In this document: positions 18,801 through 28,735 of the stretch, one piece after another | How the letters are laid out: each line of letters opens with the position of its first letter | How positions within the stretch are numbered: position 1 is the first letter of the stretch | Source of the DNA: Myxococcota bacterium | GTDB taxonomy: Bacteria; Myxococcota_A; UBA796; UBA2385 | Direction: 5' to 3' | Length of the DNA stretch: 64,000 nt | Assembly (NCBI GenBank): GCA_023150805.1 | Contig: JAKLKF010000008.1 | Coordinates: 17,469-81,468 of the forward strand | The notes under the pieces: model-generated | Told to the model about the DNA's origin: nothing | What the model saw: only the letters and a program-made list of their open reading frames with translations | Databases searched by the model: none | Translations under genes and position numbers: made by a program

Positions 18801-20071
18801 GGCCGGCGGCGCCGCGGAGCGAGGGCCACGAACAGGGCCAGGGTCCACAGCGGCCCCAGCGGCCCGCTGGAACAGCCCACGCCCACCTCCTCCAGCGGCG
18901 TCCGACCGCCGGGGTCGGACCCCGGGGGGGGCTCCTCCTCGCCCTGCCCGGGGGTGGTCCCGCTCCCGTCGCCGCCGTCTGCCCCCCCGCCCTGCCCGCT
19001 GTCGCCGCCCTCCTCCACCCAGGGGCTGCCGCACTCCACGCTGAGCGTGAAGTCGCTCACGGCGCCCTCGTAGCCGTCGACCACGATCACGGCGGCCTGC
19101 CCGGCGGTGGCGGTGAAGCTCAGCGCTTCGTCGCTGGCGTCGGGCTGGACGCTGGCGGCAAGGCAGCCGGTGGCGTCGCAGGCCGCGTCGGACAGCGCGT
19201 ACAGATCCAGGTCGGCGGACAGGCCGGTCAGGCGGACGGTGACGGTCTCGGCGGCGGCGCTGCGCACCTCCAGGGCCAGCTCGGGGCCGGTGTAGGTGTA
19301 GGTGGAGCAGCCGTAGAAGGCGTGGGTGGTGGTGCTGCCGGCGGCGTCGTTGCGGGTGGACACCACGTCCCCGCAGGTGAGCGCCAGGGCGGGCTGGCAG
19401 GCGGGCAGGTCGGCGCAGGTGGGCGCGGGCAGGCCGCCGTGGCTGCCCTGGTCGACCCAGCGGCTGGCGCCGCCGCTGCAGTCGCCCTGGAAGGGATCGA
19501 CCCGGTTGCCGTGCGGGTCGCGCACCTCGAAGTGCAGGTGCGGGCCGGTCGAGTAGCCGGAGCTGCCGACCTCTCCCAGGTGCTGGCCGCAGGCGACGGA
19601 CTGGCCCGGTGAGACGGCCACGGTCCAGGTCCGCATGTGGCCGTAGATGGTCTGGCTGCCGTCGGCGTGCTGGAGCCAGACGTAGTTGCCGTAGCCGCCC
19701 CCGCCGTCGCAGTCGCCCGTGGAGCAGTCGTCGGCGACGCCGTCGTTGGTGGTCAGGACCACGCCGGCCGCGGCGGCGACGATCTCGCGGCCGGCCTCCA
19801 TGCCCTCCCAGCTCCCGACCCCGAAGTCGCTGCCCTGGTGGCCGCCGTAGGTCAGGTCCGCGCAGGCCCAGTCGGTGCTGCCGCCGTGGTCGTAGTAGGC
19901 CGTCGGGTAGTAGTAGCCGTAGTCGGCGTCACTGGCGGGGAAGCGCAGGTCGCCCGCCCGCGCGGGGCGCGCCGCGAGCAGCAGCGGGAGAGAGGGGTGC
20001 ACGCGGTGATGGTAGCGGCTGCGGCGGCCCGGCGGCGGGGCCTCGGCGGCGGCGCCTCGTGCACCGGGCAC
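18797..20071 (-). CDS. M23 family metallopeptidase with PPC (pre-peptidase C-terminal) domain and MYXO-CTERM-like sorting tail
   Basis: M23 motifs HQGSDFG, GNYVWLQHADGSQTIYGH and GYSTGPHLHFEV. PPC-like TVRLTGLSADLDLYAL...VDGYEGAVSDFTLSV. C-terminus GCSSGPLGPLWTLALFVALAPRRRRP. Start uncertain: the track GTG at 20071, or GTG at 20002, which is preceded by TACCAT-N6. Confidence 0.85.
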   Translation of the reverse strand: MPGARGAAAEAPPPGRRSRYHHRVHPSLPLLLAARPARAGDLRFPASDADYGYYYPTAYYDHGGSTDWACADLTYGGHQGSDFGVGSWEGMEAGREIVAAAAGVVLTTNDGVADDCSTGDCDGGGGYGNYVWLQHADGSQTIYGHMRTWTVAVSPGQSVACGQHLGEVGSSGYSTGPHLHFEVRDPHGNRVDPFQGDCSGGASRWVDQGSHGGLPAPTCADLPACQPALALTCGDVVSTRNDAAGSTTTHAFYGCSTYTYTGPELALEVRSAAAETVTVRLTGLSADLDLYALSDAACDATGCLAASVQPDASDEALSFTATAGQAAVIVVDGYEGAVSDFTLSVECGSPWVEEGGDSGQGGGADGGDGSGTTPGQGEEEPPPGSDPGGRTPLEEVGVGCSSGPLGPLWTLALFVALAPRRRRP

Positions 20072-20107
20072 GATTCGGGCCCGCCGCGTGATCTACCATC
20101 CGTGCCG

Positions 20108-21981
20108 ATGCCCATCCTCTTGATCATCCAGGTGCTCCTCGAACCCGACGGGGGCTGGCGTGTCGGCGCCGGCCTTGCTGGCTCGCGGCCGAGCTGGGGC
20201 CGCCTCGACCCCGACCAGGTGCGCGACCTGCTGGAGCAGGTCGAGGCCAGCCTGCGCGCCGACGACATGTCGCCCCTGCTGCTGGCGGGCGACGACGCGG
20301 CGGTGGCGGCGGGGGAGGAGCGCGCCGGCCGCCTGCTGGCCGCGGTGCTGGCCTCGTCTCCGGGCGTGGCGCGGGCGGTGTCCGAGCAGCGCGGCGCCGC
20401 GCGGGCGACGGGTCGCCCCCTGGTGATCGTGCTCGACGCCCACGACGAGACGATCCGTGCGCTGCCCTGGGAGTGCCTGGCCATCGACGTGGACGAAGGC
20501 CCCCTGGAGAGCGGGGGGGCGGCCTGGTGGTCCGGCTGGGCGCGGGCCTGGGGCCGCCGCCGTCGGGGGCGCTGCAGCCGGTCCTGTGGACCACCGACGC
20601 CGAGGACCCGGTGGTGCGGGAGCTGGCCGCAGACGTGGAGATGGCCTGTCGCAGCGCGGGCCTGCCGGCGCCGGTGCGTCCGGGGCCGGACGCCGCGGAG
20701 CGCCGGGGGCCGGGCCTGGTGTTCCTGGTGGGCCACGGCGAGTCGGTGGACCAGCACCTGCGCCTGTTGGGGCAGGACGGCGCGCTGGCGCCCGGGACGG
20801 TCGCGCACGCCCTGCAGCCCTGGCTGGCCGGGGCGGCGCTGGTGGTGCTGCTGGTCTGCGAGGGGGGGCTGCGCTCCATGCGCGCGCGCAGCGGCCTGGT
20901 CGACAGCATCCTGGCGGCGGGGGCGCCGGCGGTGCTGGCCAGCGACGCGCGCCTGGCGGCCCAGGCCGGGACCATGCTGGTGCGGGAGCTGGTGCCCGCG
21001 CTGGCGCGAGGGGACTCGCTGGCGCTGGCCGTGACGGCGGGGCGGCGGGCGGTCCGCGGCCTGGCCTGGCCCTTCCCCGACAGCCGCTGGTGGCGGCTGG
21101 GCTTGACCATCGGGCACGCCGAGGCGGTCGGCTGGGCGGGGCCCCGGCATCGCCTCCCCCACGGCTGGTCCCCGGGGCCCGAGGCGGGGCGGCTGCTCAC
21201 GGCGGCCATGGAGCACGCCGCCCGGCGGCGCCAGCGCTGGCTGGGGGTCGAGCACCTGGTCCTGGCCCTGCGCGACGGCCCCTCGCCCGTGCGGCGCGAG
21301 CTGCGCCTCGCCGCGCGCCACTGGAGCGCGATGCTGGCCGACTACCTCGACCAGTTCGAGCTGGTGGGCAACGTCCCGATGCGGCTGAGCCCGCGGCTGG
21401 TGCGGGTGCGGGACGCGCTGCCCGCGGGCTTCCAGGTCGACGACCTGGTCGAGGCGGTCCTGCAGGCGCTGCCGCCCGCCCTGCTGCGCCGGCTGGGGCT
21501 GCCGCTGGGGCGCGACGACGGCAGCACCTACCGCTTCGACTTCGACCCCTCGGACACCAGGCTGCCGTCGGTACCCCTGGGCGACGACCTCCTGGCGACC
21601 GAGGACGAGCGGGACCGCACCGACGACGGGACCGGGGAGCCCGGCGGGGAGGGGGATCCGTGCTGCGGCCTGGAGGTCCTGGGGGGGCCCGAGGACGGTC
21701 GCCGGATCGTCCCTGCGCCCGGGGAGGAGCTGGGGCGCTCGACCAGCTCGGCCCAGGCGGACCACGCGCTCTACCTGGACGCCGGGGGCATCGACCCCTT
21801 CCTGTCGCGGCGCCACCTGCGCTTCCTGGGCCCGTCGCGCGTGGAGCTGCTGCGCCCGGGTTACCGCCTGGTGTCCCAGCCCGGCCTGCGGCCGCGCGGC
21901 GAGATCGAGCTCCGCGTCGGCGAGATCCTGGGCTTGACCCCGCTGACCTGGCTGGTGGCGCTCGGCCCGTCGGAGCCGTAG
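20108..21981 (+). CDS. CHAT (caspase-like) protease with Clp_N-like repeat and C-terminal FHA-like domain; reading frame broken at a G7 run (20513-20519)
   Basis: N-terminal 135 aa are in the frame of track ORF 19637..21034 (MPILLIIQVLLEPDGG...ALPWECLAIDVDEGPLESGG). The rest is in the frame of ORF 20473..21981 (GLVVRLGAGLG...). CHAT dyad motifs LVFLVGHGES and LVVLLVCEGG. Clp_N-like RWLGVEHLVLALRDG. FHA-like GRS...LSRRHLRF. One extra G would restore a single 625-codon frame. Confidence 0.75.
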
Positions 21982-22053
21982 GGCGGCGATCGCCGCGCCC
22001 CCGGGCGCGCCGCGCGGGGAGCGTCGGGCCGAGGAACGGTGTAGCTTGGCGCC

Positions 22054-23682
22054 GTGCAGACGGCGGCGTACGTACAACGGCGAGGCGCCTGGCAGGTGAG
22101 CTCCCTGCGGGCGGCGGCGGCGTTGCGCGCGGGGGACCCGGCCGCGGCCCGCGACCTGGTCCAGACCGGCTGGCGGTTCTCGCCGGCGCAGGCCGAGGTC
22201 GTCTGCCAGCAGCTCCTCCAGACGCCGCCGGCCCCCGACGCCAAGGCGTGGGCGCTGGCGATGGAGGAGGGGCCGGGCCCGGACCTGCCCACCGCCCTGG
22301 ACTGGCGCGAGGAGGCCTGGCGCCGCGCCTGGCCCGACGGCGCGGTCGGCGATCCGCTGGCCTGGGGCCTGTGCGAGCTGGCCGCCCACGGGTGGCTGTT
22401 GGACCAGGTGGAGCGGCAGCCCTGGGAGGCCGTGAGCGCGCCGCCCGATCCGGTGGAGGATCGGGAGGTGGGTCGGCTCTGGTCGGCGTGGGCGGGCAGT
22501 CGCGCCTGGGAGATCCGGGACGAGTGGGAGCGGCGCTTCCTCAAGCCGGCCCTGCGGGCCTTCTCCGCCGTGCTGCGGGGCCGTCGGCTGCCCGAGGACG
22601 TGCGGCGACGCGCGATCCAGGACGCCCGCGAGGGCTTCTTCTACGTCCTGATCGGCGGCGCCGACCCGGGCGCGGGCTGGCGCGAGCTGGCGGTGCGGCT
22701 GCTGGAGGCCTCCGGCGGAGACCCGGTGGACGCGCTGGCCGGGGCGCTGCCGGCGGCGTCCTGGGAGCGGGTGGCGCGGTGCGCGGTCACGCGCGGCCAC
22801 GGGCGTGACACGGCCGCGATCGTCTGGGGCGGGGGCGTGGCCTGGCAGGTGCAGGCGCGAGACCTGGAGCGGCGGGGACAGGCGCGGCCCCAGGCCCTGG
22901 GCGACCTGCTGGACCTGCACCTGGCCCTGCGCCTGGTCGACTGCTGGACCTCGCCGGCGTTCACGGCGCCCGAGCGGGGGCTGTCGGTGATGGCCCACAA
23001 CCGGGGCCGCGCCCGCAGCCGCCTGCGCGCGGTGCTGCGGGAGGCGCCTGCCGAGCACCTGCTGGCGCAGATCCTCGCCCGCCCCGGGCTGGCGGCGCGG
23101 ACCCGCTCGACCGTGGCCCGCTTCGCGCGCGACTGGGCCTGGCAGCAGGTGCAGCACGGCTTCGCCTTCTACGACGCGCGCACGGTCGACCCCGCCTGCG
23201 TGCTTCCCGAGGGCTCCCCCCCGCGCCTGACCGAGGACGAGGCCGCCGCCCTGCGCGCCTGGCTGGTCCGGGTGGTGGTCAAGGCGCGCCTCCCCCACCT
23301 GCTGCAGTGGGTGCACGGCGGAGACGACCTGGACAAGCGCGACTCGACCTGGGGACGGCTGCTGGCCGACGACTGCCCGGCGTCGCTGCGCAGCTACCCC
23401 GGGGCCGCGCGGGGCGAGGGGCTCGCGCGCATGCGGGCCGAGCTGTCCGAGCACCTGCCGGCCCAGCTCCGCATGCTGCTGCCGACCCTGCAGGCCGTGG
23501 CGGCGCTGGACACGCGCGCCCGCGACCTGGAGGCGTCCTTCATCGCGGCCGTCACGCCGATCTGGCACGCGGATGTGGAGCTTCCTCGGGTACGATACCG
23601 GTCCTACGTGGAGTCCACGCGCGAGGCCATGGCGGCGGTGGAGCGCGCGGCGAACGCCCCGTCGGACCCGGAGGACGGATGA
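22054..23682 (+). CDS. Hypothetical protein, family X copy 1 (542 aa); paralog of 40538..42235
   Basis: GTG start preceded by TAGCTT-N6. Protein-like W/A/R/L-rich helical sequence. Clear similarity to the minus-strand gene at 40538 (ARFARDWAWQQVQHGFAFYD vs ARYAWDWAWREARVGFGFDP; ALAGALPAASWERVARC vs ALAGALGPAGWEQVAAC). Confidence 0.65.
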   Translation: MQTAAYVQRRGAWQVSSLRAAAALRAGDPAAARDLVQTGWRFSPAQAEVVCQQLLQTPPAPDAKAWALAMEEGPGPDLPTALDWREEAWRRAWPDGAVGDPLAWGLCELAAHGWLLDQVERQPWEAVSAPPDPVEDREVGRLWSAWAGSRAWEIRDEWERRFLKPALRAFSAVLRGRRLPEDVRRRAIQDAREGFFYVLIGGADPGAGWRELAVRLLEASGGDPVDALAGALPAASWERVARCAVTRGHGRDTAAIVWGGGVAWQVQARDLERRGQARPQALGDLLDLHLALRLVDCWTSPAFTAPERGLSVMAHNRGRARSRLRAVLREAPAEHLLAQILARPGLAARTRSTVARFARDWAWQQVQHGFAFYDARTVDPACVLPEGSPPRLTEDEAAALRAWLVRVVVKARLPHLLQWVHGGDDLDKRDSTWGRLLADDCPASLRSYPGAARGEGLARMRAELSEHLPAQLRMLLPTLQAVAALDTRARDLEASFIAAVTPIWHADVELPRVRYRSYVESTREAMAAVERAANAPSDPEDG

Positions 23683-23737
23683 GCCCGCACCTCGCCGCAC
23701 CCACCGCGAGCGGCCTTCGGACCCAGGGGAGGCGCCC

Positions 23738-24316
23738 GTGCGTCCTTCCCTGACGGACCTGCTGCTGCTGGAGGCGGGGGCCCTGGACCCCGCGCAGGCC
23801 GCCCGGACCCGCGCCTGGCTGGTCGCCCACCCCGAAGACGCCGTGGAGCTGGTGGACGACGAGCCCATCGCGTCCGCCTGGCGGCTGCCCCCGCCGGGGA
23901 TGGGCCTGGGGCTGCGCGCCGGGATGCCGGGGGTGCTCGCCGGAGAGGGGCTGCGCCCGGGGGACCGCGTGGACCTGCGGCTGGAGGCGCGCCCCGACGC
24001 CGATCGCCTGGGCGTGGTGCTGCTGCGCCAGGCGCAGGGCCCCGGCGCCGGGCCGTGGGCGGTGGAGGCGCCGCGGTCGCAGGCCGAGCTGGTGCCGCTG
24101 TCCCGCTACCCCCGCGAGGCGGATGGCCGGCACAGCCTGTCCGTGCGCGTGCAGCCGCCGGCGGGACGCCAGCGGCTGGGCCTGGCCCTGGTCCCCCTCG
24201 ACCTGCCGATCGACTGGACCGCGCCGGGCGAGGCGCGCTGGAGCGCCCTGCTGGAGGCGGTGCGGCGGGGCGAGGTCGCGGTCGGCACCACCGACCTGAC
24301 CGTCGGCGGAGGCTGA
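23738..24316 (+). CDS. Soluble RskA-like N-terminus / DUF4384-like protein, tandem copy 1 (192 aa)
   Basis: GTG at 23738 with GGGGAGG 6 nt upstream (internal to track ORF 23573..24316). N-terminus SLTDLLLLEAGALDPAQAARTRAWLVAHPEDA resembles anti-sigma-K (RskA) N-termini. Core LRPGDRVDLRLEARPDADRLGVVLL resembles DUF4384. No TM segment. Confidence 0.6.
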   Translation: MRPSLTDLLLLEAGALDPAQAARTRAWLVAHPEDAVELVDDEPIASAWRLPPPGMGLGLRAGMPGVLAGEGLRPGDRVDLRLEARPDADRLGVVLLRQAQGPGAGPWAVEAPRSQAELVPLSRYPREADGRHSLSVRVQPPAGRQRLGLALVPLDLPIDWTAPGEARWSALLEAVRRGEVAVGTTDLTVGGG

Positions 24317-24346
24317 CCGTCGGCGGAGGCTGACCGCCGGCGGAAG
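24296..24346. repeat. 3 x 17-bp tandem repeat (CTGACCGTCGGCGGAGG; third copy has 2 mismatches) spanning the stop codon of gene 23738..24316
   Basis: Copies at 24296-24312, 24313-24329 and 24330-24346. The gene stop TGA lies at 24314-24316 inside copy 2. Confidence 0.9.
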
Positions 24347-24442
24347 CGGGACCGCCGCGTGCCTCCCTCGCGGGCGGGTTCGGGGACGGCGAGGTGCAAG
24401 CCCCCAGGGCCGAGGGGCTGCCCCGCGCCCCCCGGAGGTCCC

Positions 24443-25030
24443 ATGCCCGCCTTCGCCGACGCCACCCTGCTGCTCTTCGCCGCCGACGCCCTCGATCCGG
24501 GGCCGGCCGCGCTCCTGCGCGCCGAGCTGGCGCGGGACCCCGCGCTCCAGGCGCACCTGGACGCCCTGGCCCGCGACCTGGACGAGCTGCCCCCCTCGCC
24601 GGGCTTCCGGGTGCCGCCTCCGGGGCTCGGCCTGCAGGTCGGCCTGCAACAGTCGGCGGTCCTCGGGCCCGCGCTCCTGCGCGTGGGCGACCGCTTCGAG
24701 GTCTGCCTGCCTCCGCGCCCCTCCCCCGAGCGCGAGGGCGCGGTGGTGCTGCGCGACGTCGGCGCGGGCTGGCAGGTCGTGGCGCCGGTCCAGCCCGACC
24801 ACGCGGTGGCGCTCTCGCGCCTGCCCCGGGGATCGGACGGGTGCCACCAGGTGAACCTGCTCGCCCGTCCGCCGCAGGGGCGCCAGCGCTGGGCGGTCGC
24901 GCTGGTCCCGATGGACCAGCTCCCCGGGGCGCCGCCGCCGGTGCCCTCGGTCGAGCCGTGGCACAGCCTGCGGCAGGGCCTGGCCGCGGGCACGGTGCCG
25001 GTCGGCGTGGTCGAGATCGAGCTCTGTTGA
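24443..25030 (+). CDS. Soluble RskA-like N-terminus / DUF4384-like protein, tandem copy 2 (195 aa)
   Basis: Internal ATG of track ORF 24359..25030, with CGGAGG upstream. MPAFADATLLLFAADALDPGPAALLRAELARDPALQAHLDAL. Core LLRVGDRFEVCLPPRPSPEREGAVVL. Collinear similarity to the preceding gene (GRQRLGLALVPLD vs GRQRWAVALVPMD). Confidence 0.65.
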   Translation: MPAFADATLLLFAADALDPGPAALLRAELARDPALQAHLDALARDLDELPPSPGFRVPPPGLGLQVGLQQSAVLGPALLRVGDRFEVCLPPRPSPEREGAVVLRDVGAGWQVVAPVQPDHAVALSRLPRGSDGCHQVNLLARPPQGRQRWAVALVPMDQLPGAPPPVPSVEPWHSLRQGLAAGTVPVGVVEIELC

Positions 25031-25046
25031 GGCGCGCCGGCGCAGG

Positions 25047-27862
<2,816 letters not shown>

Positions 27863-27866
<4 letters not shown>

Positions 27867-28672
27867 GCTGCGCCGACTACCTCGCCGCCCTGGCCACCTT
27901 CGCCGCCCCCCTCGCCGTCTCCGACCACAAGAAGGTCAAGGCGCCCACCGCCACCAAGACGGCCGGCGCCGCGATCCGGGTGCAGACGGACGGCGGCACC
28001 TTCAACCTGCTGCCCGTGCCCGGCCTGACCTTCCCCGGCCCCGGCGGCCTGCTGGGCGACTTCCTGGCCGGCCAGGCGGCCAGCACCTACACGACCTGGC
28101 TGCCCGGGGTCTCCGGCGGGCTGGCTTCCTGGCAGGAGGACTGGATCGTGCGCGACCCGGCCGCCTTCGCCGACCCGCCGACCCTGCAGCTGTGGAGCAA
28201 GGTCAGCGGCGACCTGCTGGACGACGCCGAGCTGGCCGTGCTGAAGGCCGAGGCGCTGGCCCAGGGGCTGGGCTACCAGCGGGCGACGATGACCTTCCGC
28301 TACCAGAAGGTGCCTTCGACCCAGCAGATCAACGCCGCCCCCGCGCCGGTGGGCTGCGCGCCGACCCGCGCCGCCTTCGCGCTGTGGCCCGTCGTCGACC
28401 ACAAGGTCGGCCTGGTCCCCACGGCCGCGCTGCTGCGCGAGGACGTGCCGGGCACGGGCAAGCGGGTCGACCACTGGCTGCTGGGCTCGGGCTGGCAGCC
28501 GCCCCTGGGCACGACCGAGGCGCTGTGGGTCAAGGCCGCCGCGGCGCCCCTCGACCTGAAGGCGTGGCTGCTGTCGTACTTCCCGGCAGTCGGCGCCGGC
28601 GCCTTCGGCGCGGCCAACGTGCGCGGCGACAGTCGCTACGTGCAGATCCAGTACGGCCTCGCGCCCCTCTGA
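27863..28672 (+). CDS. Hypothetical protein (269 aa, Cys at position 3), between the kinase and S8 genes
   Basis: The ATG overlaps the kinase stop (ATGA). MSCADYLAALATFAAPLAVSD...; mixed beta-rich composition (TMTFRYQKVPSTQQI, DSRYVQIQYGLAPL). No signal peptide or TM segment, and no family recognised. Confidence 0.65.
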
Positions 28673-28735
28673 CCGGCCGCGCCCCCCTCCCGCCCCTGCT
28701 CCCCGCTCCCTCCCGCCGCCCCCGCGGAGCCCCCG

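Noticed and set aside
19852-23868. 1338-aa minus-strand ORF, among the longest in the track
   Set aside because: It runs antisense to supported plus-strand genes (CHAT, family X1, part of 23738) and through part of the minus-strand M23 gene in another frame. Its translation is R/G/P/A-rich low-complexity sequence with no motifs. This is a typical shadow ORF of a very GC-rich genome.
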